64,000 nucleotides of DNA, from positions 8,302 to 72,301 of the forward strand of contig JBAYJV010000002.1 of the NCBI GenBank assembly GCA_041664925.1. Direction: 5' to 3'. Shown piece after piece: positions 38,676 through 48,246 of the stretch; positions within the stretch are counted from its first letter, which is position 1, and every line of letters starts with the position of its first letter. The DNA is from Minisyncoccota bacterium (lineage in GTDB: Bacteria; Patescibacteriota; Minisyncoccia; JBAYJV01). Both the position numbers and the translations under genes were made by a program. The notes under the pieces were generated by a model that worked only from the letters and a program-made list of their open reading frames with translations, was not told where the DNA came from and did no database searches.

Positions 38676-41600
38676 ATGATTAAAAAACGATACAACAAAA
38701 TATTATTAAGCAGCTTAACGATCTTAATGCTCGTTTTGCAGACTTGTAGTTTTGGAACAACGAATGTTTTGAATACTTTTAAGGTGGAAAAATCTCTTGC
38801 CAATGATATGTGTTCTGTTGACACGGATACGATTTTAATTATGGACAGGTCTGGTAGTATGGCGGATGGAGCAGCTCAAAGCAAATGCGAATGGTGGAGA
38901 ATGGAATGGGTAGTTAATACTTTTCAATGGGTTTTTCATACGGATTACAATGTAACACAAGAATGGTGTAGTGCAAAAAATCTTCCAAATCCAAGAAATT
39001 CAGTATTTTATCCTGCAGTTAAAAGTAAGATTCAGAATGCCAAAGATGCAGCGGATACATTTTTGGATAATTTTAAATCAAATGATCAAAGCGCCTTGGT
39101 GTCTTACGCGACCACTGCAACTCTTGACAAAACTCTTTCAAATAATCATGCCTCCACACTTACGGCCGTCAACGCTTTAACGCCTTCAGGCGCAACAAAT
39201 ATCGGCGATGCCATCAAATTAGGCATCCAGGAATTATCGTCTGTGAGAGCCCGAGCGCAGGCGACAAAAGCGATGGTGCTTTTAACGGATGGCTTGGCAA
39301 ACAAACCCAACGGCGATGGACAAAATGAAAATCCCTTGGATGTCGCTTATGCTGAATCTCAGGCAACAATCGCTGCTGGTCTTGGTTATAAAATCTTTAC
39401 CGTCGGATTGGGTGACGATGGACAAATTGACCAAACAATGTTACAAAATATTGCGACGATTACGGGTGCGACTTATCACCATGTGCCCAATGGCAGTGAT
39501 TTATCGCCAATTTATGATGAAATAGCTTATCAAGTTTGTCAATACGGTTCAATCTCGGGTTGCAAATACGAAGACAAAAATAATAACAGCGCTCTTGACA
39601 ATGGCGAAGAAGGATTGTCTGGCTGGGAAATGGTTTTATCCACCGGCACCTCGACGACTTTATATCAAGACACCGATCAAAACGGTTGTTATCAATTCGC
39701 TGGACTGACCGATGGCAGCTATGCTATCTTCGAAGGTCCTAATTTGGACAAAGGCGACTTCACGCTTACCAGTCCGAGCGTCAACCTCTACGACAATTTA
39801 ATTATTTCAAATCATAACAATATCGCTGATATTGACTTTTTGAATTATTTACCTTCTTGCGGAAACAGCATTACTGATAGTAGCGAACAATGCGATGATG
39901 GTAATTTAATTGATGGCGACGGCTGTTCAGTGACTTGTACGACCGAACAAATTGATTGCGATCAAATCGGTTCAACAGAAATTTCCCGCGAATGCTCTTC
40001 TGACGGCGAAGCTAGCGTTACTTATGCTTGGAATAACGATCAATGCGGTCAAAACTACACTCAAGATGAAACAGATTCTTTGTGCGCTTGTCAAGCGTCA
40101 GATACCGGAGTACAAGGCGAGTGCGTTTCTAATGGCGAGAGACAGCATTACTATACATACAATTACGAATACTGCGGCGCGGATTACGAAGAACCTCAAG
40201 CCGATGCAACTTGCAATTGCGTTGCTTCAGAATCAGGTAGAGAATGTGTCGGCGATAATTCCGCAGAAGTTACCTATTCATACAATTACGATTTTTGTGA
40301 AGCGGATTATACCGAGACTAAAGAAGATTTATCTTGCGGGTCTGAATATCAATGCGGCGATTGGCAAGACGAAGAATGTGTTGATAATGCCTTGAGACAG
40401 CAAACCCGAACTTGCGAGGATCAATATGGAACTTCTTATCCAGAATCGCGATCAGTCAGTGATGATACTTGCGGCTGCCAATCTTCAGAAACAGATCGAA
40501 CTTGCGCAGGCGATGGTTACGCCGATGTCAGCTTCACTTACAATTTTGGATATTGCGGAACGGATTATCAGTCCCAAGAAACTGATAGCTCTTGCGGCTG
40601 TCAGTCATCAGACACTAATCAAGAAGGTGAATGTGTGGGAGATGGCTTGAGGCAACATTATTTTACATACAATTACGGTTACTGCGGCTCAGATTTTGAA
40701 AATCCCCAATCCGATCCGACTTGCGCTTGTGTCGCCTCTGAATTATCAAGAGAATGTAAAAATTCTTCTGAAGCGGACGTAACCTATTCTTATAATTTTG
40801 AATATTGCGGAGCAAATTATACTCAAACCGAAGAAGATTTATCCTGCAATTCGGATTATGAATGTAGCGCTTGGGAAGATGGCGATTGTTCAGGTGATGG
40901 AACAAGAGAACAATCAAGAACTTGCGAAGATCAATACGGAAGCTCTTATCCAGATTCGCGATCAACCAATGATGCTGCTTGCGGATGTGTTGAGACGGAA
41001 GTTTCAGGATCTTGCACGGACACAACTTACAGAGAATTTACTTTCACTTACAATTTTTCATACTGTACTCAAAAACCAGCTGAACAAAGAGATGACTCAA
41101 GCTGTGGCGGTGGAGGCGGCGAGACCTGTGAATATTCTACTTGGCAAGACGGTGAATGTTATGCCGATGGAATGAGACAACAAACGAGAACTCAAACAAA
41201 CACTCTTGACGGTTGCACCGATTTAACACAGAATATTTCAGACACTTCTTGTGATTGTGTTGAGACGGAAGTGCAAGGATCTTGCACAGACACAACTCAC
41301 AGAGAATTTACTTTCACTTATAATTTTTCATATTGCACCCAAAAACCAGCTGAACAAAGAGTTGACTCAAGTTGCGGCGGTGGTGGGGGAGGCGGTGATA
41401 GTCTCGGTTCTATTTCTGGTTGTAAATATTTAGATGCAAATTATAATTATAATATTTTAGACGATACCGTGACACTTTCCGGTTGGGACATATTATTATC
41501 GGGTTCGGCTAGCACAACCACGGCGACTGATGTTAATGGTTGTTATATTTTCAGAGATTTATCGGCAGGAACTTATCAAGTAAAGGAAGGTGTTAATTTT

Positions 41601-42881
41601 AGCAAGATGCCGTTTATCCAAACTTATCCGACAAGCACGCCGACATATAATTTTACTCTTGGAGAAAGCGAGGATAAATTAAATATAAACTTTGGCAATT
41701 ATTTGCCCGTCTGCGGAAATGGAGTTTTGGATAATAATTATAATGAAAAATGCGATGACGGCAATTTAACCGATGGCGATGGCTGTTCAAAAACTTGCCA
41801 AGTAACTTATCAATGTAATGACGGTGTTGATAATGATGACAACGGCAAGATTGATTATCCCGAGGATTCAGGGTGTTCAAGCTCAACTGATAATACTGAA
41901 AAAACCGAATCTTCAGGTGGCGGTGGCGGCGGATCGGTGATTCTTCCACCTGTGGCAGAACTTAATATATTTAATGAAGGCGAAAGCGTCGGCGGCGATA
42001 TTGCCCATTTCATATGGGAAACCAATCTTAATTCCAACAGCACAATTATTTATTCAGCTGAGGACGAAGGCCATGTTTTAAATAAAAATAATCCAGGGCT
42101 TTACGGCTATGCCCATTCCTATAAAAATCCCAGCGATGACTTAGGTGTGATTTTGCACAGTGTAGATATTCCATGGCTTAGAGTTTGCACAACTTATTAT
42201 TATAGAGCAGTTTCAATGACTGGATCCGTCGGCACAGCTTTTGGCAACGAAAGATCATTTAAGACTCTTTGCCCAGCGACGATTGTTGAGCCGATACCTT
42301 CCGGGGTGGGTGGTCCGACAGGGGAGTTGGGCGAAGTTAAAGTCGTAACTCCTGTAGTAGAACAAACTGAACCGGAAGTTACCCATTCGACAAGCTCAGG
42401 GCAAGCAACTCCAGAAGAAATTGCTCAAACAAATGGCGGATTTTTGGCAAGTCTCGCGAATCTTCTTAATGGTTTTGGCGGAACGTGTTTTGCTGGTTTT
42501 CCTTGGTGGCTGATCTTCGTCTTCGCTCTCTATCCTGCTTTTAAAATTTACGAAGCTTACAGACAGAAAAATAAAAGACATTCGCTTTTCTCTTGGGTTG
42601 CCTTATTTATTGTCCATATCGCATTGGCGCTTGCTTTCTACTTTGCGAATGTGTTGATTATTTTTATCTGGGTTTTCCTTGCGCTTGGATTTGCCAACTT
42701 TTTCACTAACTATTTTGTATCATTTAGAAAAGAAGAAGATAAAAATATATTTCTTGTTGAACTTCTGACGATTTTAATTTTAGAAATTCTTACTCTAATT
42801 CTTAGTTGTCTTTATCTCTGGCTGGTCTTATTTATTCTTTTGATCTGTTTGGCGATTACCCTTTCATTTAAGAAAAAATAA
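38676..42881 (+). CDS. large surface protein: VWA + SdrD B-like + Cys-rich repeats + FN3-like + C-terminal TMs
   Basis: DRSGS MIDAS, LLTDG; GSISGCKY x2; CGN..EQCDDGN..GDGCS (Myxococcus Cys-rich/DUF4215-like) x2; internal Cys repeats; TTYYYRAVS. Confidence 0.85.
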   Translation: MIKKRYNKILLSSLTILMLVLQTCSFGTTNVLNTFKVEKSLANDMCSVDTDTILIMDRSGSMADGAAQSKCEWWRMEWVVNTFQWVFHTDYNVTQEWCSAKNLPNPRNSVFYPAVKSKIQNAKDAADTFLDNFKSNDQSALVSYATTATLDKTLSNNHASTLTAVNALTPSGATNIGDAIKLGIQELSSVRARAQATKAMVLLTDGLANKPNGDGQNENPLDVAYAESQATIAAGLGYKIFTVGLGDDGQIDQTMLQNIATITGATYHHVPNGSDLSPIYDEIAYQVCQYGSISGCKYEDKNNNSALDNGEEGLSGWEMVLSTGTSTTLYQDTDQNGCYQFAGLTDGSYAIFEGPNLDKGDFTLTSPSVNLYDNLIISNHNNIADIDFLNYLPSCGNSITDSSEQCDDGNLIDGDGCSVTCTTEQIDCDQIGSTEISRECSSDGEASVTYAWNNDQCGQNYTQDETDSLCACQASDTGVQGECVSNGERQHYYTYNYEYCGADYEEPQADATCNCVASESGRECVGDNSAEVTYSYNYDFCEADYTETKEDLSCGSEYQCGDWQDEECVDNALRQQTRTCEDQYGTSYPESRSVSDDTCGCQSSETDRTCAGDGYADVSFTYNFGYCGTDYQSQETDSSCGCQSSDTNQEGECVGDGLRQHYFTYNYGYCGSDFENPQSDPTCACVASELSRECKNSSEADVTYSYNFEYCGANYTQTEEDLSCNSDYECSAWEDGDCSGDGTREQSRTCEDQYGSSYPDSRSTNDAACGCVETEVSGSCTDTTYREFTFTYNFSYCTQKPAEQRDDSSCGGGGGETCEYSTWQDGECYADGMRQQTRTQTNTLDGCTDLTQNISDTSCDCVETEVQGSCTDTTHREFTFTYNFSYCTQKPAEQRVDSSCGGGGGGGDSLGSISGCKYLDANYNYNILDDTVTLSGWDILLSGSASTTTATDVNGCYIFRDLSAGTYQVKEGVNFSKMPFIQTYPTSTPTYNFTLGESEDKLNINFGNYLPVCGNGVLDNNYNEKCDDGNLTDGDGCSKTCQVTYQCNDGVDNDDNGKIDYPEDSGCSSSTDNTEKTESSGGGGGGSVILPPVAELNIFNEGESVGGDIAHFIWETNLNSNSTIIYSAEDEGHVLNKNNPGLYGYAHSYKNPSDDLGVILHSVDIPWLRVCTTYYYRAVSMTGSVGTAFGNERSFKTLCPATIVEPIPSGVGGPTGELGEVKVVTPVVEQTEPEVTHSTSSGQATPEEIAQTNGGFLASLANLLNGFGGTCFAGFPWWLIFVFALYPAFKIYEAYRQKNKRHSLFSWVALFIVHIALALAFYFANVLIIFIWVFLALGFANFFTNYFVSFRKEEDKNIFLVELLTILILEILTLILSCLYLWLVLFILLICLAITLSFKKK

Positions 42882-42970
42882 ATTTTTCCCACTTCAATTC
42901 ACTAATGTACGAGATTCGACCTCGTACATTTTATATCTTGACAAAAAGAACGGTTTTGATAATATAGATA

Positions 42971-43071
42971 GTGGCAATCCTGCAACCCACGGATGCTGGA
43001 TGCCAGGGGTAATTGGTACCCCACCGTACCCTCCCGCGCAGAGAGGGAGGACGAGCCTCCCTCTCCCTTTT
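42971..43071 (+). ncRNA. candidate sRNA, family copy 5
   Basis: TTGACA(42938)-16-TAATAT; GC-rich hairpins; terminator GAGAGGGAGGACGAGCCTCCCTCTC then CCTTTT. Confidence 0.55.
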
Positions 43072-43152
43072 CTTCGATTCATAGGAATTGAAAAAAACAA
43101 ATCCCGCATCACACGATACGGGGTTTTTTGATTGCGTTTCTGAATTATTATT

Positions 43153-43482
43153 TCAGCTTCCTCTTACTTTCCACAAAAAATAATTAAAATAATTCTGCCA
43201 CTGTTTGTTGTTTGAATGATACTCGTTGTCGTAAATAAAATAATCCACTAATGCTTCGCGTGTTTTTGTAATCTCTCTAAGTCGCGATTGATTTTTTACA
43301 TCGCTAATCGTTAAATCTATAAGTTCAAGTCCTCTGAAAAATGCTTGGCGAGAGTAATCAGGATTATTTTTATTTTTCCATGAAATTGTTCTTTCGATTT
43401 CACTTCCGACATTTGCCATCTGTTCAAAAAAAGAAAGCTTAACCCATCCACCATCCGCCAACTGTTTATGTTGAAAAGCCAT
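43153..43482 (-). CDS. conserved-looking hypothetical helical protein
   Basis: LSFFEQMANVGSEIER, RGLELIDLT; host-like codon usage. Confidence 0.75.
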   Translation of the reverse strand: MAFQHKQLADGGWVKLSFFEQMANVGSEIERTISWKNKNNPDYSRQAFFRGLELIDLTISDVKNQSRLREITKTREALVDYFIYDNEYHSNNKQWQNYFNYFLWKVRGS

Positions 43483-43683
43483 AATTTGATTAAATTATTG
43501 ACCGATTTGTGTCTTCCTTCTAATCCTATCAAAAATTCAGTCGATTGACAACTAACAAAACAAAACCCACAACGATACAATTTTACATTAAACAACATTA
43601 AAACACGACAGTTGTGGATAAATAATATTGATTAATTAATACAGTTGTATTACAATAGAATTATATCAACTAACTACAATTAT

Positions 43684-43917
43684 ATGCGCCAAGTAATAAG
43701 TTTATCTTTTGCAGAAAATGTCGCCAAAGAGGTTAAAACCCTTTCTAGAAAAAGAGGATATTTTTCTGTTAGTAAATATATTCAAGGATTAGTAGAGATG
43801 GACAAGGAAATCATTTCTGAACAGGAGTTGTTAAGTTCAATTAAACAGTCAAGACAGGAATACAAAAAGGGCAAAGCGATTACTGCTAAATCAATGGCAG
43901 AACTATATGATAATTAA
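43684..43917 (+). CDS. putative ribbon-helix-helix antitoxin
   Basis: RQVISLSF N-terminal strand, SVSKYI; overlaps the downstream RelE-like gene. Confidence 0.7.
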   Translation: MRQVISLSFAENVAKEVKTLSRKRGYFSVSKYIQGLVEMDKEIISEQELLSSIKQSRQEYKKGKAITAKSMAELYDN

Positions 43918-44179
43918 GGCTATTTATTATTCTAAAAAATTTCAGCAAGAATTAAAGAAACTGCCAAAAGAAATTGTTAATTTAGCAATTAAAAAAGAAT
44001 CGTTGTTCAGAAAGAACCCACTACACACTTCTTTGCGCCTTCACGAATTACATGTAAAGTTTCAAGGCATTTGGTCTATATCTATAACGGGAAATTATAG
44101 AATCATCTTTGAGAGGATGACTAATGGCGATATCCTGTTCATCTCTATCGGCAAGCACGATATTTATAGATATTTATAA
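43907..44179 (+). CDS. RelE/YafQ-like type II toxin
   Basis: YSKKFQQELKKL, SLRLHEL, WSISITGNYRIIF, IGKHDIY. Confidence 0.85.
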   Translation: MIIKAIYYSKKFQQELKKLPKEIVNLAIKKESLFRKNPLHTSLRLHELHVKFQGIWSISITGNYRIIFERMTNGDILFISIGKHDIYRYL

Positions 44180-44249
44180 AAAAAGTTTACTTGCGCAAAC
44201 TTCTTTTGACGGAAGAATGATTTACGGAGGTCCGTCCTCCGTAAATTTT

Positions 44250-45143
44250 TTATTCCCTTTCCCTTCTTTTTTGCCAAAGAAGAATTAAAAGAAGAATAAG
44301 AAGTAAGATAAAGAAAAGGAGAATAAGAAAAAACCTTGTTTCGTTACTATTGTCGACGAGATCCTTCATTTCATTCAGGATGACAGGTGGCAAGATAGAA
44401 AATAAATTGGACTGAAGGGGAAGGGGAGACAAGGAATGCAGAGGAGATATGGGATATATAGGAATAGTGGAAGATGAGGACGAGGGATAATACAAAGGAG
44501 ACAGAGAAGATGTGGGAGATAAGGGGGATACAGGAATAATACTTTCTGTCTGTATTATATTTTCCGGTTGAGAACTTGTAGAGTTCTCATTTTTTGTATT
44601 ATTTTCTGGTGAATTCATTGGCGAATCTTCTTTATTTGGCGAACTATTATAAATTCCTGGCAAAACAACAGATCCGAAAGTTTCATGACTGTCGCCAATC
44701 TGAGTGACATTAATTTTAAAATCAGCCCCAAGAGATCCTGCTTGAAATTCATTTCCAGAGTTTTGGAGAAAAACTATTTCAAGGGAAATGTTTTTACTTG
44801 AGTTTCGCGGAATATTGGCAACAAAAATACCTTCTTTAAATAATTCTGAAAGCGAAATCGGTTTGTCTTTATCAAAAGACAAGAGAAGAACTGAAGCGAG
44901 ATTCTTTTTTTCAGAAATTTTATTGGCTCCCAAATAGACACTAATATCAAAATTTTCGTGGTTATCAATGGTAATTTCTTTAGTTTCGCTTTTCCCCGGG
45001 ATTAAATTATTTAGATTAAAAGGCAGGCTGCCAAAATCAATAAAAATCTGCTTATCGCCAAATTGTTCTGTTTTGGCAAAAAACAAAGACGGAATTAAGA
45101 GGAAAGCAATGATTAAATATTTTAGCAATTTAATTTTGGTCAT
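44250..45143 (-). CDS. secreted TasA-like domain protein with Ser/Pro linker and C-terminal TM anchor
   Basis: Signal peptide, NLIPGKS, GNEFQ, low-complexity linker, TM followed by KRRERE. Confidence 0.65.
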   Translation of the reverse strand: MTKIKLLKYLIIAFLLIPSLFFAKTEQFGDKQIFIDFGSLPFNLNNLIPGKSETKEITIDNHENFDISVYLGANKISEKKNLASVLLLSFDKDKPISLSELFKEGIFVANIPRNSSKNISLEIVFLQNSGNEFQAGSLGADFKINVTQIGDSHETFGSVVLPGIYNSSPNKEDSPMNSPENNTKNENSTSSQPENIIQTESIIPVSPLSPTSSLSPLYYPSSSSSTIPIYPISPLHSLSPLPLQSNLFSILPPVILNEMKDLVDNSNETRFFLILLFFILLLILLLILLWQKRRERE

Positions 45144-46182
45144 TATTTAATTTATTAACGCTTCCCATCGTGGGGGCGGGATCGTACCAAGCGCCAGTTC
45201 CATCAGGAATTCGGGCATACGATTTATTTTCTGGCACCGCAAGAACAGTATTACATGTCGAGGAAGTTGTCAGGGAATTGGTTTGTTGAGGAGTGGGGGA
45301 TAGTTCACAATTTGTGCCGTGGTAACTATAAGAATCAATTAAGGTATTGGCATTATCGTATAAATAAACAATGTCGGCAGGAGTGCTGCTGCCAGAAGTA
45401 TTGTTTAAAACAGAATGATTTAAATAAACAACCAACCAATCTTTGGCGCCAACAATTGTTGTAGCGGGCAAAGTATTGGTTGCGGTGATAGCGATAGCAT
45501 GATCGGTTTCGTCGTTGATGTGCCAGCCAGCAACATCAATTGGCTGGTCACTAGTATTATAAAGCTCAACCCATTCCCCCTCGGGCATAACGAGAGAGTC
45601 GGATCCGATGGGATTGGGCAGGAATTCATTAAGAAAAACGCCGGATCTCCAAGTTCCCGAAGAAAGCGTTAACTCTAGCTCTCTATTTTTATAGAAGCCC
45701 TGAGAATTGTTTTCTAAGTTTAATTGCCAAGCCTCAAACAATAATTTAAAGCTGCAAGATTTTTGAAAAAGGGATTCGTCTTGGGAAGCAAGAGAAAATT
45801 CAAAAGACCAGTCTTTAAAAGTTTGAGTACTGGAAGCTTGATAGGAAAAACCAGAAAGCAAATCTTGTTCTTTAAAGTCGCCACCAAGATTCGCCTTGAT
45901 ATTTAAATAATCACAAAGTTCTCCTGATAAATCAGAAGTTTTTATTTGATATTGAAAATCTAAACTGCCCTCTTTTTCAACAACTAAATCAAGGTGTCCT
46001 GATTGCGAGGGCGTGATGCTGGATAGCGAAGAAGTGGCGATTTGGTCTAAAGAAAAATCCAAGGTTCCCACCTCAAAACCATTCGCTTGCTTTGTTTCTT
46101 CATCGGTAAAAAAGGCAAAAGAAAAGTTAGTAAAAAATATAACAACTATCAATATTAAAAGGTAACTGAAATATTTAGACAT
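45130..46182 (-). CDS. SipW-type signal peptide protein with lamin-tail domain
   Basis: AFFTDEE..GTLDF; LNEFLPNP..EWVELYN..YARIPDG. Confidence 0.8.
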   Translation of the reverse strand: MSKYFSYLLILIVVIFFTNFSFAFFTDEETKQANGFEVGTLDFSLDQIATSSLSSITPSQSGHLDLVVEKEGSLDFQYQIKTSDLSGELCDYLNIKANLGGDFKEQDLLSGFSYQASSTQTFKDWSFEFSLASQDESLFQKSCSFKLLFEAWQLNLENNSQGFYKNRELELTLSSGTWRSGVFLNEFLPNPIGSDSLVMPEGEWVELYNTSDQPIDVAGWHINDETDHAIAITATNTLPATTIVGAKDWLVVYLNHSVLNNTSGSSTPADIVYLYDNANTLIDSYSYHGTNCELSPTPQQTNSLTTSSTCNTVLAVPENKSYARIPDGTGAWYDPAPTMGSVNKLNNDQN

Positions 46183-46368
46183 ACTTATATCATCGTCATC
46201 CTAAGAACATAGTCATCTTGAGGTCGCCTAAGGCGACCGAAGAGTCTCGGGATTCTTCACGGAGTTTATCCTGAGAAACTCGAAGGGTTCAGAATGACAG
46301 ACGCACACGGGATTCTTCGTGGAATTTATAGTGAGCTTGCCTGTGGTGAGCTTATCGAATCCATCGAA

Positions 46369-46839
46369 CTACTCAGAATGACACTTTATTTTTCTAACCT
46401 CACTAAAAATTACTACCAAGCAGGGAATTGACAAGAGAATAATAATTCCAATCGGAGTTCTCGTCAGATTAAAAATATAACCGAGATAAGGGACTGCCAA
46501 AACAACTTTTCCCAAGATTTGATCTTGCCTGATTTTTTTTAAATCAGAACTAGGATTAGCATCGCCTCTGGTGGTATATAAATTTTCATCTTTGTTAAAG
46601 ATGCGATGAGTGATTTTTCTTTGGTGATTTTCCTTTTCAAAAAATGTTATAACATCTCCTATTTTGTATTCTGCCATTCTCAAAATAACAATAATACCTC
46701 CTTGTCTGATAGCGGGCGCCATTGATCCAGAAGTGACCATAAGTATTTTATGAGGAGCGCTGGGTAAAAGCGAAGTCAATAAAAACAAAACCAGCGCTCC
46801 CAAAAACCAATAAAAATACTTTGTCGTTAGTCTTTTCAA
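46369..46839 (-). CDS. sipW: signal peptidase I, SipW-type
   Basis: VTSGSMAP, GDVITF, ITHRI, TRGDAN, VPYLGY. Confidence 0.88.
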   Translation of the reverse strand: MKRLTTKYFYWFLGALVLFLLTSLLPSAPHKILMVTSGSMAPAIRQGGIIVILRMAEYKIGDVITFFEKENHQRKITHRIFNKDENLYTTRGDANPSSDLKKIRQDQILGKVVLAVPYLGYIFNLTRTPIGIIILLSIPCLVVIFSEVRKIKCHSE

Positions 46840-46851
46840 GATATTTCTAGA

Positions 46852-47472
46852 TTACTTCTGTTTGAAGTCAAAAGTAATCGAGAAACCAGTACTATCGCTT
46901 TGAAAAATATTGCCGCCCAAATGAGCAGGATCAGCTTCCCATTTAACTTTAATATCGGCTGTTTGATCGGCAGAAAGACTGACTTCAGATGACGGTTGAG
47001 AAATTACCCCATTAAGCAAAATTAAACTTTGACTAGAAGAAACAAAGTAAGTTTCTGTTCCATCCAAAACACCATTGCCATCTGTGTCTATCCAAACAGT
47101 CAATTTCAAATAATCATCAAGTTCGCCTTCGCCAGTACCGGGATTTCCGCAAGTTGTGTCTATAAGCGCTTCAGGGGAATTGCAATTGTTTTCTTTATCG
47201 TCAGTTTTATTAATTGTGGCAGCAATAATATCTCCCGTAATTGTCCCAGCGTTTTTTAATCTAATAACGCCGGAATCAAAGTCACCGGGCTTGATATTAG
47301 TAACTTGAATAGGCAAGGTTGTGTTTGGTCCATCTGTTGTCAAATCCAAAGTACCGGCAGCGAAAACATTTGTCGGAGAAGTTTCGGTATCGGTAAAGTA
47401 AGCGCCAGTTGCGCCTAAAACGACGCCAACAATAATAGCGATGAAAGAAAAGGCATTAATAATTTTTTTCAT
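46852..47472 (-). CDS. TasA/CalY-like SipW-dependent secreted protein
   Basis: GATGAYFTDTETSPTNVFAAGTLDL, NIKPGD, LKNAGT, NIFQSD. Confidence 0.85.
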   Translation of the reverse strand: MKKIINAFSFIAIIVGVVLGATGAYFTDTETSPTNVFAAGTLDLTTDGPNTTLPIQVTNIKPGDFDSGVIRLKNAGTITGDIIAATINKTDDKENNCNSPEALIDTTCGNPGTGEGELDDYLKLTVWIDTDGNGVLDGTETYFVSSSQSLILLNGVISQPSSEVSLSADQTADIKVKWEADPAHLGGNIFQSDSTGFSITFDFKQK

Positions 47473-48246
47473 GGTTTTTATACTGTCATCCTGAATATGG
47501 TGAAGGATCCGTGTTTAACAGTTTTTTTCGAGATTCTTCACTTCGTTCAGAATGACACCTTAATTTTATTGTCATCCTGAATGAATGAATGATCCCCGGG
47601 ACTCTTCACGGAGTTTATCCTGAGAAACTTCGAAAGACTCAGAGTGACATACTTTTGTTTAATATTTTATGACAGGAAAACAGATCACTCGACCTTTAAA
47701 ACAAAAAAAGCTCACAAAAAAATGAGAGCTGTTAAACTAATCTATTTCCCCTCCTATCATGATGAAATGTTTCGATGAAATACTTAAGAGAATATTTTAT
47801 CAAATCCTGAAGGTATTTTTCAATGTGGATAACTCATTATTATGTTTCCGAGGTAACGAGGAATTACATAATAATGACCCCGGCACGCCGGGGTTATTGA
47901 TTGCGTAGTTTCTCATTTTATTCGAAAACGCGACACCCTCCTTCACTAAAGTTACGGACGGGTTATTGACTCTGTAATCTTTCGCATAGACTTAAGAATA
48001 GAGTCAATAAAATGAGGGCCTGTTTTTCTTACAGACCCTCGCAATGCATTAGCCCACTATAGAGGTTATTGTGACTCCACTCTTATGATTATACTAAAAA
48101 ATTAATCGTTTGCAATATCTTGGAATTATCCGCCTTAACTAAAGTTACGGCGAGATTATTAACTGTGTAATCTTCGCCTTGCTCAGAAACGCAGTCAATA
48201 AAAAGAGAGCCCGCGCACTTTGCACGGGCTCCTACTTTGAAACTCT

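Noticed and set aside
40985-41385. Near-duplicate segments in the VWA gene as a DGR template/variable pair
   Set aside because: Both copies are in-frame within one CDS, differences are not adenine-specific, and no reverse transcriptase is present.
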